The notes under the pieces were generated by a model, which was not told the DNA's origin, made no database searches, and saw only the letters and a program-made list of their open reading frames with translations. This document shows, piece by piece, positions 33,765 to 49,714 of a stretch of 64,000 nt of DNA. Every line of letters begins with the position of its first letter. The stretch's first letter is position 1. Position numbers and translations under genes: made by a program. Source of the stretch: the human T2T-CHM13v2.0 reference genome, Homo sapiens; the NCBI RefSeq assembly GCF_009914755.1, contig NC_060948.1; one strand, 5' to 3'.

Positions 33765-36327
33765 ATGCGCCCTGAGGGCTCGCTGACCTACCGGGTGCCA
33801 GAGAGGCTGCGGCAGGGTTTCTGTGGCGTGGGTCGGGCAGCACAGGCCTTGGTGTGTGCGAGTGCCAAGGAGGGCACCGCCTTCAGGATGGAGGCTGTAC
33901 AGGAGGGGGCGGCCGGGGTGGAGAGTGAGCAGGCGGCTTTGGGGGAGGAGGCGGTGCTGCTGTTGGATGACATAATGGCGGAGGTGGAGGTGGTGGCGGA
34001 GGAGGAGGGCCTCGTGGAGCGGCGGGAGGAGGCCCAGCGGGCACAGCAGGCTGTGCCTGGCCCTGGGCCCATGACCCCAGAGTCTGCACTGGAGGAGCTG
34101 CTGGCCGTTCAGGTGGAGCTGGAGCCGGTTAATGCCCAAGCCAGGAAGGCCTTTTCTCGGCAGCGGGAAAAGATGGAGCGGAGGCGCAAGCCCCACCTAG
34201 ACCGCAGAGGCGCCGTCATCCAGAGCGTCCCTGGCTTCTGGGCCAATGTTGTATCCTTCTCAGTGTTTCTTCGGCCTTTCTAGTGGAGAGGTGCTCTCGG
34301 GGAAGTGTAAGTGACCGATGGGCAGCTCGGCGTCGATGTGACTCTTTGGGGAACAAAGGGGAGTTGCCACGGACCAGTGTGGCTGTGGAAAGCCGGAGCA
34401 GGCGTGGGTACTATTGTCCTGCATGCGGCAGAGAAACCCTTGGTGATGCCGAGCAGCAGACGTTTGGGGCATCTTTTTGAAGAGCAGAAGCGAGTTCAGA
34501 GCGGAAGAGGTTTTTCAGTGAATGAAGCTATTTTTAAGGGAGTGTGATTGCTGCCCCTTGCTAGTCCGATCTGGGACTGGGCGTCTTCGGCTATAAGCAG
34601 ATTCTGCCACTCCTCAGACACCAGCAAGTCTCTGCAAATCGCGCCTCCCCATGTCAGTGCAGTCAGCCTCAGAATCATACACCCTCTGTGAACACAGGAG
34701 GCCTTAGTTTACGGGGAGGGGGAGGCGAAAGGAGATCATACATGGAAGCAGATCTGAGAAATCCCCTACCCCAGCCTCTGGGTGCTCTTAGGCCTTCTTC
34801 CCTGTTGCTCCTCGCTTTCCCTTCCATCGTGTGTAAAGTCTCTTTGACCTAAATCAGATTGCAAACCACCCCCAGATGTCAGCCCTGATCACTGACGAAG
34901 ATGAAGACATGCTGAGCTACATGGTCAGCCTGGAGGTGAGGCCAGGAAGACTGGGGCTAGAGGGTTTAGCGGGGGAGGGTAAGGGAAATAATTCATTCCT
35001 GTAAGCAAGAGTGAGCACCTCACCCGAAAACCTATCTAAGCTTTCTCCACCTTGTCCTGACAGGTGGAAGAAGAGAAGCATCCTGTTCATCTCTGCAAGA
35101 TCATGTTGTTCTTTCGGAGTAACCCCTACTTCCAGAATAAAGTGATTACCAAGGAATATCTGGTGAACATCACAGGTGACAGGTGGCTCCCAGGATGGGT
35201 AGTGGAAGGAAGATGGTGGGTGGATCATTGCCAACGGGATCCAGCCCCCTTCCCACAAAAACTCCTGTCTCTGTAGAATACAGGGCTTCTCATTCCACTC
35301 CAATTGAGTGGTATCCGGATTATGAAGTGGAGGCCTATCGCCGCAGACACCACAACAGCAGCCTTAACTTCTTCAACTGGTTCTCTGACCACAACTTCGC
35401 AGGATCTAACAAGATTGCTGAGGTGAGTCCTCACTGGGAAACATGAGGAATGACCCCGTGTGTTCCCAGCTGCTTGGGTCACCTTTCTGAGCCCTGATGA
35501 GGCCTTTCCCGATTGAGTCCCCTGACAGATCCTATGTAAGGACCTGTGGCGCAATCCCCTGCAATACTACAAGAGGATGAAGCCACCTGAAGAGGGAACA
35601 GAGACGTCAGGTGAGCCGTTAGTTGGCACTGGAGCTGTTTGATGCCCAGTATAAGGGGGTTGACACACCTGCCTATTCAGGGAGCCTGGGTGCTCATTTC
35701 AGAAATGTAGAAATTGAGGCTCCTTTCGTACATGTAGAAATTCCTTGAGAGGAAGACAGAGAGTGACAGAATCCAGGACGTTCATGGCATTGGGCTGAAA
35801 AGGCACGTTAGAGACTGCACTGCAAAGCGGGTGATAGCTGTGGAGTCTTAAGCCCAGTGAAGAATCGTCCATTTCCAGAATCAATGAGAAGTAAAGCTGA
35901 AAATCATTCAGTTCAGTCTGTGGCACTTGATTCCACGGCTGTCAACCCCACCGGCAGTCATCCCGCCAACCCCATGAGATTGGGCTCCCTGAATGTGCGT
36001 CCTGGTCATCCTTGCCCCAAACCACAAAGGACTGTTTAGATTGATGGATTTCCTTAAGCTGTTGCCCCATCAGACTTGTGTGTGCTTTTAGGGCCCAGTG
36101 CATCTTGTTAGCTGACTCCCCTCACAGACAATACTGGGAATGGGGCAGGGATTGCGCAGAACAGTTTGTAACACGTGGTAGGAGGAAGTTTAAGGGATCA
36201 CAAATGGGGAAGGGATATCCTTTTCTCAGCGGGCCCCACAATTGAAACATTTCAAAGTATGGCTCAGAGAAAATGCGTTTTAACATGAGTTTGTGTTTCT
36301 CTAGGGGACTCCCAGTTGTTGAGTTGA
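33765..36327 (+). CDS. TSPY: TSPY copy 2; spliced CDS of 308 aa, intact
   Basis: Exons are 33765-34250, 34858-34935, 35064-35175, 35277-35422, 35529-35610 and 36305-36327, with the same splice sites as copy 1. Codon 144 is His. Confidence 0.97.
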
Positions 36328-39300
36328 ATATGATGGAGCATCAGATTTTACCTAATACAGCAGAACTCCTAAAAAGTTACAGCCATATGCAGGACGGCAG
36401 TACTCAGCATGGTCTTATGCACAGGAACTAAAGGAAAAAGAGATCGAGTCACAAAAATTCAGGAAGAGGGGGTAAATGTGGATTGTATGGAATGAAAAAT
36501 AAACATTCTCAAGGATGTGTGACTCTGTGTCTGTGTGTGTGTGTGTGTGTCTTTGAGTTTGTGTGTGTGTGTGTGTGTGTGTATGTTTATCCACTTTATT
36601 CGGGTGTCATAATGAATTGATCAATCCACGTGCTTTATTCTCTTCATGGAAATAACCAGTCTGCGTTGGAGCTGGGCCTCTAAAGTTGTAGAGTGAATGG
36701 GTGTGGGATGTGTTGGGATTCTTCCTACAGGACAGAGTGGGAGAGGTAAAAGCAAAAGACAGCTTAGTTGGAGGCTGACTTCGTCCTGTGGAAGCAGAGA
36801 TAGTTCAAGGAAAGGGGTTACTGGGTTTCCAGGGCCCAGTTTGCTGGGACCTCCAAAATCCTTCATTTTGGGTATCATCATACACAGTAGCTAAGCACAG
36901 GATGATGGAAATCTTAAAGTTCGCTTTCGTGTTGAATCCACATGTTCTTTTAAAGGTGAATGCATGATCCTTTTCTGGGACAATCAGCCTCTCAGGACTT
37001 CTGAAACATCAACGTGAGAAGAAATGGGCATGTAAGGTGTATGGAGGGACTGTGGGAAAGGTGACAGAGGCATGTGGGAAGGCATTCAGGATACGCTTTT
37101 GGCATAGATGACTAAGGGAAAACAGAAACTTACAGAAGTGAGGGGAAAGGGGGTGGATTAGTGGAATATAAGATTGTTGGAGAATCCATCCATGGACTCT
37201 CTTGTCACTTGATGACCCAGGATATGGACACTCTTGTTGATGTTTACATCTTTAGTTGTTTTAAGCTTTTCTCCAAGATTCTGTGTTAGGTGAGGAGCCA
37301 ATAACGTATGTAGCTAACAACAGTACGAGTGCATTTTGTGCTCTTGCAAAGTCTAGTGAGGCTCTATTCTCCCTCGTGATTGGCACTGCAGATTGTATCT
37401 GGAGCCCAGGGCCCCTAAATTTTCTGTGGCCTCTTCAGCATAGTTTGCCTAAGGTTTAGAACGTAAAGCGAATATAGTTGCGGAATATGTTTTGCAAGCC
37501 TCACACAGGAGGACAAAACATACAGCTTTCATTCGCGAGTGGGAGGCTGCTTCCCAGGAACACGTGTGTCTGCACAAGACAAGGGGTTGCCTCTGTCAAG
37601 GATGGGGCAGGAGGATTTCAGTGTCGGAGGCAGAACTTTCTTTCCTGTTCCCAGATGAAACAGTTCCAACACGAGCATCCATGTTGACCACACGCTACTA
37701 GAGTGCTAACATTGCTGTCCCGTATAGACTCTGGTCAGCACAGCTTCTGTGAGAAGAGCTATGTTGTTTCAGGGAAGAGGGTTTGACAGTCAAAGTTCCT
37801 GAATCTGTTGTGGTGCCTGCAATATGCATTCTACCCCTCCTGCTCGGTGTCAAAGCAGTTGAGCTTTGAAAATCTATCGCCCGGTTTTGTCCCTGCTCCT
37901 ATGCAGACCTCTGAAGCTCTGGAGCGGGAGTCTTGTCCTCCTCTGACTACCGTCCCCCTGACCCACAAACACAGGAGAAACAGGTGTTCTAAGCAAATTA
38001 TTCTGAAAACAGTCGGAACCCTTTGGCCCCCTCAAGCTGCCCTGTATCCTACTGTGTGCATGTCAAAGACACTGTGGTCCAGTACGGTATCCCTATAGCG
38101 GCAATGGGGCAACAGATTGGTGTGTGCACTCTGGGCAACTCAGATTAGGAAACGTCTGGGGACTTGCCTATAACGAGGTCGTCTTAAAACGTGTTGCCCC
38201 AAATTTAAGGCATAGGAAAATGTTGAGGAAAGGGTCTTGCAATGATTTTTCTAGGAGGTAAATAGATAAGAAAATGACCGTAAATAGATGCCAGGGCTAG
38301 TTTTGGAGCTAGCCTGTTTTAAAGTGGTGGTAGGGGAGGAGCTTTTTCCAAGGCAGGTAGCAAACCAGGAACTGTCTACGATGGATGGGCGTGCCACGGG
38401 TTGGTGGCTCAGCCATATTGCCACCCCACCGAGTGAATGCAGCAGACTGGGCTTCTTCCTTGAATCCTACGTGCAATTCAGTCTAGTGATTTCACATGAG
38501 ATCCCTTCTTCTGGTATTATCACAGATCGTGCTGAATTATACAGGCTGTGTAATGCTTCTTCCACTGAATATCCGTGCACGTGGGCCACAGATGCTAAGG
38601 GCACTGACAAATTTGCACCGTGCCTCAGTAACTCGGAAGCACATCTGTGATTTGTACCGACAGGGACTTGGTGTCTTTTCGTGTTTAAAGTAGCACGTGT
38701 GTGTTTGTGGTTGCGTATGTTTATTTCTCTGTGCGGGTTTGTATATTTTCTCTGACTCCACCTGTGTCTCCGTGGTTCCGATATTTTTCCACACTCCCTG
38801 CGACAATTTGCACATGCCTATCTCTACAACCATTGTAGACTTTGTATCTGTGTCTTTGAACATCTGTCACTCTCTCTCCCTTCCTTTTTTCTTTTCCTTC
38901 CTTTACACCCCTTTCATCCTTCCCTTGCTTCCCCACCACACTCTCTCCATCTGTATCGTCTATGTTTCTATTCTCTATCTGGGTTTACTTTCTAATTCTG
39001 AATTCAAGGGCATTGAATTGAAAAGAAGCACTCTTCGTACTTTTATGTGTTTTAACTCATTTGGGGAATTTGGCGTGGTATTATTTACAGGGTTCTCTCT
39101 GCCCTTTCTCATTGTTCTCCCCAGCCGGGGCTGTTATTATGTGAAAGCTGGTTTCCTTCATCACATCGCGTAGGCTCTAATGATGTTTCGTTTATTTTGA
39201 TTCTCCTCACACTACATAGTTTTAATTTACCTAATGTGACTGTTTTTTTGTTTGTTTTCCGAGAATGGGTCTTACTCTGTCTTCTAGGTTGGACAGCAGC

Positions 39301-42300
39301 CCCACGATCTCAGCCCACTGCAGCCCAGGCACCACACACCCATGTGATCCTGTCAACTCAGACTCTCACACACCTGGCAGTACAGGTGCATGCCACCCCT
39401 CCAAGCTATGTATTAATTAACTAAATACTTACTTTTTGAATGTGGGTCCATGTTGCCCCAGGCTCATCTGGAACTCCTGAGTGCAGGCAATCCTCCCACC
39501 TCAGCTTATCAAAGTGCTGGGATGACAGGTGTGACCCATGGCCCTGCCATGGCTTTGTGTTTTTTGCTTTTTTCTTCCTCCTCCTCACGTCTTGTTTTGA
39601 AACATGCACTGAAGGTTTCAATTCATGGACTATAGTCTCTGTGCCTGGAATTTCTATCTTTCAACTCATCATCAGCATTCATTGGGATTTTCATATATAT
39701 ATACACCTATATAAGAATACCTATGTACACACATATATACGTATATACATGTATATACGTATATATGCACATTTATATACGTATATACATGTATATACGT
39801 ATATATATACATGTACACATATGTATTTATTTCTCAAGTTACGAAACGGCTTGCATTCTTTCCTGTGTCATGAAAAAGACTTTGCTAGAAAAGAAAAGCA
39901 CTGCTTTATAATAAAATATTTTATTTGCATTTATTTTGTTAAGGCATTTTAAAAATTGTATGTTTGTTTAAAAAATGTCATATGAAATGATACATATTTA
40001 CAACTTAAGGCGTGATGTTCAACAGGTCATATACATTATGCATTGGATACATCCAGCCAATCAACATATGTGTGACCTCACATAGTTGTCATTTTTGTTG
40101 TGAAAAAACTTGACCTGCACTGTATTCGAATATTTTTAGAGAAAGAATATGTTACCACTAGTTATAGTGAGCATGCTGAAGAAAATATTTTTAACCTATT
40201 CCTCCTTTATAACTAGAAGTATGAGTTCTTCATCCAGCATCTCGTCAGTGCACCCTCTTCACCGCAGTCATTGGAGTCACTACTTCTGTGAAGTCCGCTT
40301 TTTTGATTTCATATAAGAATGAGATCATGTGCTATTTTCCTTTCTGATACCTGGCTTATGTCACTTAACAGAATGGCATGCACACATTCAGCAGATTCCC
40401 ACACATTCTCACAACTGGCAGGATTTCCTGATTTCTTATTGCAGCGCATATTTCCGTTGCGCATATGCGTTTTTGCCCCATTTTTTAATCCACTTATCAA
40501 TGGAGGGACACTCAGGTTGCTTCCGCATTTTGGCTACAGCAAAAATGTAATGAGTGCAGCAATAATTGCATGGGTGCGCGCACCGCTTCAACATACTGAT
40601 CTGTGTACTGGCGGGCGTGCCCGGGTATTCTGATTTGCTGGATCATATAGTGGGTGGTTCTACTTGTAGATTTCTGAAGGCTGTTTATACTTAAATAAGA
40701 GCCATAAAGCTTCTTTAATGCCAGCACTAATTTACATTCTCCCCAAAAGTGAGCAGGGAATTCGTTTTCTCTGCCTCCTCACCAGAGATTAGGGTTTTCT
40801 TTTCTTTCTTTTTTTTTTTTTGTTTGTTTGTCTTTCGGATAATATGCATTCTGACTGAAGTGAGAAGAAATCTCATTGTGTTTTTGATTTGCATTTTCGT
40901 GATGGATTGGGGATAATGAGGAATTTTTAGTGTGTCTTCTGGGCAACTGTATGTCTCAGTTTCACAAATGAGTCTTCGCAGCCTTCGCCCATTTGTTTTC
41001 ATGCTATTGAGTTGTTGGGAGTTCCTTATGTACTGTGACTATTCCCCCATGAACAGATGTATGGTGATCCAATCATTGCTCCCATCCTGTAGGATGCCCC
41101 TTCTGTATGTTGAGTTTTCTATGGTGTGGTGAAGCACTTTAGTTTGATATGATTCCATTCTCTATTTTTGATGGTGTTTACTGTGTTCTTGCAGTCACTT
41201 TGAGACCATCATTGCACACACGGACGCCATGGAGCTGCTTCCTTGTGATCTCTTCTGCTATTTTTATCGTTTCACATCTGACACTGGAGTTTGGTGATAA
41301 ATAATCCACTTGTAAAATCCTTTGTGTGGCTATTCAGATTTCCCCAACCTAGTTTATAGAAGATACTTGATTTTGCATTGGGCGTTCTTGCTTCTTTGGG
41401 AAAAGGCTGTGAGCTGCAAATGCAGTGACTTAGTTCTGGGCTCCTGTTGTTTTTCCTAAGCTCTAGTCTCTGCTTTTCTGCCAGCGCTATTGTATTTTGG
41501 TACAAAAAGTTTTGTAGTAGTATATCATGAAGTTAGGTAGTGGGGTGGCTCCAGCTTTGTGCTTTTTACTGGATTGCTCTGGGTTTTCAGGATCTTCTGC
41601 CATTTCATAGCAAATTTGGGATTCCCAGATTGTTTTCTAAGAAGAATGTGTCATTGATACTTTTACAGGGGTTGTATAGAATCTGAGGATGACTCAGGTA
41701 GTAGTGATGTCAATGCCGTTTAGACAATGTGCGTGTTTGTGTGCACATGCTCAGGGCCAAGAGACACTGGGTGTCCTCACCAATACTGAGGTGGGCCTTA
41801 ATATCCAGCCAGATTGCCTTCTGGAAACACACGGAATGTCCTGTTCTGTTTTGCCATCTCTTCACATTTCCTCCCCTGTGAGCCCTGTGTGGTCCTCCAG
41901 ATTCCCTGTGCGGTGGCCTGCCTTTTTTGGGGTGGGGAGTTGCTGGGTGAATGAGGATGGCGGAGGGAACCAAGCATGTCAGTGGAGCGTGGTGTCATCC
42001 AAACGGTACTTAGCAGGCCTGGGAGAGTCATTCTGGGAGGACGCAGACCTAGAGAGGCCTCAGGTGGGCATCTGTGTGGAGGGTGAGAGATCCCTGGTTG
42101 AGCCCAAACTGAACCCCAGGTAGAAGCAAGCCTCAGGACAGGGAAGTAGCTAGCAAGGGATGATGAGGCAGCTATCTCTTGACCCTGGCTTCCCACCCAT
42201 TGACCTTAGCTACTTATGCCTATTAAGCAGATTACGGTTCCCCCATCGTGAAATGTGGGTACCACAGTTCCCTGATGGGCATTTCTCCACCAGCCCATGA

Positions 42301-42407
42301 TGGCCTGAGTTTCCTTACTGCAGTCTCCTCCCTGAGCCTTGGCTTCTCTATGTGTGTCCTAACTCCAGGACCCACAGGCCTGTCAACCCCCAGCCCTGGG
42401 CTGCTTC

Positions 42408-43178
42408 CCTGGCCTCTTCTCTGTTCCCTCTCTGAGGGCCTAACTCCCTTGGGTAGTGCTGCAGAATATAGAGCCACAGGCCCTGGCTGATGATCTGGTG
42501 GACTGGGCAAATTGGTCGTGACAGGTCAGGTTCTGGTTCAAAGCCAATTCCTCCGATGCCAAGGAATGTCGAAGAAGGTCCTTTGCCATGATGCCCCATA
42601 GCTGCCCCACCTCAGCAATCGTGCCGTAACCTGGGCCCTCACAGTCAGACAACCAGCTGAAGAAGCTCAGGCAGTGACCTGCGGGAAACTCGGGCTTTCA
42701 CCTGCATGACCCTAGAACCACTGGACTGCAGTGGAGCCAGTCACCCTGTATCCTGGAGGGAGACGAGTCAGGAAGGCGCACGCCAGGCCCAGCTCCCGAG
42801 GTACTACCCCCTCTACTCCTCAGGGAGGATGCCAACGCAATACTCCTTAGTCATCACTTTGTTTCCGAAGTAAATGTTGTGATGAAAGGCAAACTTCTTC
42901 CTACCCCTTGTATTCAGGGTGGCCGAGTTCCTCCACCTGCCTGTCCAAGAAGGAGAAACAGGGCTGTGAAGGGGCAATTTCATCTAGGTGGGCTGAGGTG
43001 GCATTCTAGCCGGGGTGAAGCATGCGTTTCCCCTTCCCAGCTTTCCCGCTGAGACACACCTGAGCCCCAGAAGGACCTCAACCTGACCAGGACCTTAGCG
43101 CCCTCCCCCAGACCCAGGCTTTCCATCCTGACCTGCAAATCCAACATGCAGCTTTGAAGGACTTTCTCATGGTTTCTG
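42408..43178 (-). pseudogene. TSPY-family relic B, unit 3
   Basis: Copy at offset +40528. Confidence 0.85.
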
Positions 43179-46100
43179 AGCTCCTTGCTCTCACCAGAAA
43201 GAATCAGAACTTTTAAAGTGTTCTTTATGCCAACTTAAATTTTTTCATTTTTACTACCTCATGTTTTGGATGAGGCATGTATTTTTAAATTTATTTTCAC
43301 CCTTATTGTACCTCTATGATAAACTGCTTGCTTACATTCATACCGTAATTATCTCTCAGGTTACTTGTCTGTTCCTAAAGATTCACTGAAACGAAGAATT
43401 CTATATATGCTTGTATCTTTCAGCAACCGTATGTCAGATAGCACTGCACATTACTGCAGACATCGCATATACAGGTCCAAAGGTAGAGGAAGAAGAAGAA
43501 AGCAAGCGTTAAACTCTATTCATTCCTAAAAGCATATCAGAAACTCACAAATAACAGTGAAATCAAAGAATGATCACAGCCAATTCCATTACATACCTAG
43601 ACTGAAATACGAAACTTCAAAGAAAAGAAACATTAGAACTTTGGGTTTGTAAAAATTTTCCTATATAGATAAAATTATTGGTAACTGTGTCTCACTAGAA
43701 AACGTAAACAAAAATCCATGTTTTTCATATTTGTAAATATACATAGTTTTATTTCCATCAGTTATGACATGCAAGCAAGTAATAAAGTGAAAGTACAATC
43801 AAATGATATATGGAACTTCCTCAGTCTTAAAATATTCCGTGGAGACTATCAATTTTATGAAAACTATAAAGAATGCTTCATGAAACTACATTGTACAGTG
43901 CCATTTACTATTTTACTGACATTTTAAATAATCAACAATTAAAGGGAATACGTCAACATTATTTAATACCAATAACGTTATTTTTCTTGAGTAATCCTGT
44001 TGAAATTAAGGATTTTAAATAAAACATTAAAAACAAATTATATTGACTGATTTCAGCTTTGGATGAAATCATACTTGTGTATTTGTAGTAATGCGAAGCA
44101 TAACTTTCTCCTCACAATTAATCTTTTATAACATCGGTGTTATAGTTTTCTCTGACACCAACATTGTGATATCGCACAGGTTTACTGCATGCATGCATTA
44201 CATGCCTCCAGAGAGTAGGCTTCAAATATATGGAAAAATTATATTTATGAAAAAATTCTAGGAAAGGGAATGGTGAAATGGAAGAGAATTTCTCACTTGC
44301 TAACTGTTGGACATGGATTTGTATATATTTGGATATAGACACATACTGGCACACTGTGAGTTTGCCCATGTATATATACACTTATATGAGAAACCCATAA
44401 TATATGGGTTGTGTAATCTTTTAATTAATCCATAATTGTATGTGTGTGAAATTAGATAAGCGGTTACCTTTTCTTTACTCAATTTGATGGAAAGCCAAAA
44501 AACTCTGTCCACCTTCATTTCAATTAATCCAATACTGTTAACTGCTGGTAGCTTCATTCTCCTTGTTCTCTTACGGCAACCGGAAAGTTAATTCTCGCTC
44601 TAATTTGGCTTTCAAGGTGCGATCAACAAGAGTGTCACCTTGCTGTGGATTGTGACCTCTGACTCCACCTCTGTCTTCCTTTTGCAGTCCTACCTTTGCA
44701 TAGGTAACAAACTTTGTACATGGTTAAAAGGATAAACATTCAGTGAAATGTCAAGCCATGCTGTGAAATGTTCCATAGTTTCTATATCTCTAATTGTCCT
44801 TTGATGTTATAGAGGCAAGAAAAATAATTCAATGTTTTTCTTAGTATCTAGTCCAATGCACGCTTTCTTCATAATACTGCAAACAAGGCACTGACATGGA
44901 AACGTGGCTGGACGTCTCAAAATCTCTTCTCATTAATTACCATTATGTTAATCACTGTTGCCCACAACTGGAATTGGACTTTGAAATCCCCTGGTGGAAA
45001 TTGCTATAATGGCTCAAACTACTGGAAAGACTATCTTTTTTTTACCTGAAAATATCTGATGAGCATAGACATATGCTATATACAGGAACATATTGTACAT
45101 TAACAACATACCATCACTGCCACTCAATAATACGTATCCCAAACCTTTGAGCCAAACTGAGCTCGGGTGCTCCCACAAACCAAGCTTTTCCCTCCACAGA
45201 TTTCTTATGTCAAAAAGCCACAACTCCAGGCCAGGCTTCGTGGCTCTTGTAATTTCTACATTTTGGGAGGCCGAGGTTGGTGGGTCACTTGAGGTCAGGA
45301 GTTGGAGACCAGCATGGGCAACATGGCAAAAAGCTGTCTCTACCAAAAATACAAAAATTAGCCAGACCTAGTGGCACTTTCCTGTGGTCCCAGCTACTTG
45401 GGAGGCTGAGGCAGGAGAACCACCTGAACATGGGTGGCAGAGATTGTATAGTAAGCCAAGATCAGACTACTGCACTCCAGCCTGGATGACACAGCGAGAC
45501 CATGACTGAAAAAAGAAAAAAAAAAAATAAAGGCAACTCCACTCGTCCACTGGCTTAGGTAAAAAGTACTGGAGTTGGCTGGGCTCGGTGGCTCACACCT
45601 GTATTCCCAGCACTTTGGATTTTGGGAAGCTGAGTCGGGCGGGTCACCTGAGATCTGTAGTAGGAGAGCAGCCTGGCCAACATGGTGAAGCCTGGCTTCT
45701 ACTAAAAATACAAAACATTAGCTGAGCGTGGTGATGCATGCTTGTAATCCCAGCTACTGCAGAGGCTGAACCTGGGAGGCGGAGGATGTGTTGAGCTGAG
45801 ATCCTGCCACTGCGCTCCAGCCTGGTCTACAGAGCGAGAGTACCCTGTGAGAAACAAAGGTGAAGAGAACAAGAAAAAAAAAATGAGAAAAATAAGACCC
45901 ACTGCAAAAGGTTGCCACAGAAAAGATTAAACATTTCAGCAACTTCTATCTTCTGTCATGGAAGCCAAGGTTATTTGGACCAAACCTCCTGTCTTAGTTC
46001 ATTTTCACGCTGCTGAAGAAGACATACCTGAAACTGGGAATAAAAGGAGGTTTAATTGGACTGACAGTTCCACATGGCTGTGGAGGCCTCAGAATCATGG

Positions 46101-49100
46101 TATACGAATAAAGGCACTTCTTACATGGCAATGCCAAGAGAGAATGAGGAAGAACCTGAGGCAGAAACCCCTGAAAAACCCATCAGATCCCGTGAGACTT
46201 CTTCACTGTCACAAGAATAGCATGAGAAAGACCGACCCCCATGATTCAATTACCTCCCCCTGGGTCCCACCCGCAACACGAGGGAATTCTGGGAGATACA
46301 ATTGAAGCTGAGATTTGAATGGAGACACACCAAACCATGTCACTTCCCAAACAATTAAAAATTCCCAATAGAAGAAGCATTAATTATATCAAAAAGTGGT
46401 GGACCAAGAAGGAACTATTAGCCTCATATCTCAAGAAAGACTCCAGTCAAGGCCTAGGGACTACTCATGAAAAGAGTTTAATAGCCGACTCTCTCCCAGT
46501 GGATCTGGATTCCACCGGACTGTATCTTCACAGTAAGGGTGAAACAGAAGCAAACCCATTCCTATTTCCAAGCTCAAGGAACTTTGGTCAAAGTTCTCTT
46601 GGAGCTGAGCAGAACAAGGAGGCAAACAGAAAAGATTTGTGTCCCTGAGAAGTCATGGCCACAGGCTGGCTATCACACAGATTGTCAAGCCAGTTCCATA
46701 TTGCATGGGTATTACAGAAAATCTCAAAACATAAATTTGTGTGTGGGTTGTCCCAGAGTAGCAGGATCTGGCAGAAGGAAATTTCCTTCTAACCCTCAAA
46801 GAATCCACATAAATCTTGTTACATTTGGGATTTTACGATTTGCTTCAGGAATGAGAATGGCCTTAATTTTCATATCTTTTTCTACACTCAGTTTATGGCT
46901 TGTTGGCGTCAAAGTTCTGCTTGCTTCACACAATGAGTTTAGGATTTTCCCTTTTTTATTCTATAGAATTCTTCATATATATTGAAATGCTCTGCCTGGG
47001 GAAAAAAATCTGAGCCTAGCGTTTTATCTCTAGGAAGAATCCTTTATTTCCTTGAACATTTATGAGACTATACAGATTATATATGTCTTCTTGTATCAAT
47101 TTTACTAAGCTATATACATAGCTTATGTTTATATATTATATATATAAATGTAAGATACAAATATAAAAATTATGTATAAATATGAAAATATATATAGAAA
47201 GCGATATATATGTCTATATATATAGACAGATTATAAATATCTGTCTATTTGATCTAAGTTTTCAAATTTGTAGGTTAAGGTGTTAATGATATTTCCTTAT
47301 TAGCTTCTTAATCTATGCTGTATCTATGGTTGTGTACCTTTTAAATTCTTAGTTTTATCTATGTTTTCTCCCTTTTTTTCTAAACTTGACTGACGGTTGC
47401 ATCATTTATTATATTTCTCCAACAAGCAAAGGTTAGCTTTGTATGTTTTACTAATTTTGTCTACATCATTATTCCCACACTTTAGTTTTTCAGAATTGAT
47501 TCTGTTGTTTCTTTTCTAATTCTTTATTGAAATATCTAGTACATTAATTTTCAAGTTATTAGAGAAATATTTGTCTGTAAACTCCTATTGTAATATCACT
47601 TTTCTTGCTACTCACAGATTTAATCTTCAATATTGGCGGTATCATTGAGTTCTAAGTACATTTCAATTCCTAGTATGATAATCTATGAATTGCTGAGAAA
47701 TAGTGTTTACAATTTTGTTGTTCTATTTCCACTTAAGTTTATTTTTACTTCTGCTAACTCAATTGAAAATTCTTTACTAATTTTTAAAATCCTTGAACCC
47801 AAGAGATGGAGGTTGCAGTGAGCTGAGATCAGGCCACTGCATTCCAGACTGAGTGACAGAGTGGAACGAGATTTCAAAACAAAACAAAACAAAACAAAAC
47901 AAAACAGTCACTGGAAAGATAATAAAATACATAAATGTGGGATGTAATATGTAATCGTGATAAAATAAACTGGATTTTTTGTATAAGTTATACATATAAA
48001 TGTAATGCCAAGACACTGATAAGACAACTCATGGTCTTATCTCAATACTTAGTGTCTTCATGTAACATATGTCCTTTAGGATAGTTATAGTCCGTTTTCT
48101 TTCCAGGAGAGACAGATGAGAATGCAGAAATGTTAAAGTGCAAGGGACGGAAGCTTCCAGCTGTGCCCACCTGTAACCTGACGTAGACAGTTCCACCGTT
48201 TGCTTCATTAATCATGCCAAAGGCTCTAATGCAAATGTGGTACAGAGTCACATGTTTTTGTATCTGCATGATAGAAACTATAACTTCATCCCTATATAGA
48301 AGGGTATATAGCATATGCCTCAGTGATAAATATAAGTGAATCATTGATCAGTAGGAAACCATTTTAAAAGTCTTTCATAACAGAACAAAATCCCTGAAAA
48401 CATTTTCTTCTCAATCTCTGAGTTTTCTTACACGGCTTATGAATCTCTAGCCATACTAAAGAGATAGTATGCTGCTCTTCCCACAAATTATTCATTGTAT
48501 ATAATTCCTGTAATCTAATAACAGTACCTTTACACCTCAGGGTTTAAAATGACTCCAACCTTTTTCTGTTTCTCCAATTAAAATAACTTTTTTAAGGTTT
48601 AATCTTCAGTAATTTTTTGTAGTAATATTTTTGAAGGTATTTGACCAGGATGATTTGCTTATATACCTACCTGACGTCTCCCTTTCTTCTGAATACATAT
48701 TTTATTACCCACCTATTAGATCTAAGTTTAAGAAGTTGGAATAGGGATTTAAATCTAAATTCTACATTTGAATTTACAGGAGTCAGCGAGTCGGGGAAGT
48801 GCCTTTATGCACAGACCAATATCTGGCAATGGCACTAGGAGACAAATAAGCTTTACCAGTCTCAAAGCCCTGGCTACTACAGTGAATCCACCCTTCTCCT
48901 GGATCTTATCTACTTCAGCAAAAGAAGGCCACCCACTAAACCAGGCCCTTGTACTTTGGGTGGAAACTCCTAAGTCCTCTAGTCTCCTCAAACAGACAGC
49001 CAGGCTGCCAATTTCCACAATAATAATTTCTATAGCACTGAGTCTTTGGTAGCCTTGTAACTATAGCTACTGATGCTACAGTCTGGTCCCTGTATGATAA

Positions 49101-49565
49101 AACACCAGAGCAACAGAAACAAAAATATTGACTGAAGCCTTCTAAAATCTCTCTAAATATACCTTCAATAAATATCGTTTTTTTTTACAGAACGACTGCT
49201 TTCAGCTTCCTGAACTAACGCTTGGCCTTCGCTAGTTGTCACTGTTGAAATTGATTCAAAAGTGTACATTTAACATGAAAGTCAACACAGAATTTCATGT
49301 GTCAGCAACTAAAATTTTCAAAATGTTGCAAAATACAAATGTGAAACTGTATTTGTGAAATTTACCATTCATTGAAATTATATTTTCATACCTACCCAGG
49401 CACAGAATTTTTTATAACTGTCTGCATGTTCTCCTCATGTGGGGGAAAAACAGCATCAGCAGGCAGAGGAATCCTTTGAAGCTGGAGGGAGAGGTTGCAG
49501 TGATCTGAGAGTTTGCCACTTGACTGCAGCCTGGATGACACAGTGAGACTCCAACTGAAAAGAAA

Positions 49566-49602
<37 letters not shown>

Positions 49603-49667
49603 CCAAAATTGATAAGTAAAAAAAAAATCCGTATTCGAAAACATGCTCACAGGCTAACTCCCATATC

Positions 49668-49714
<47 letters not shown>

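Noticed and set aside
39440-39952. 170-aa ORF present in units 2 and 3 but split in unit 1
   Set aside because: It is made of antisense Alu and (TA)n low-complexity sequence, and the difference is a 1-bp poly-T length change.
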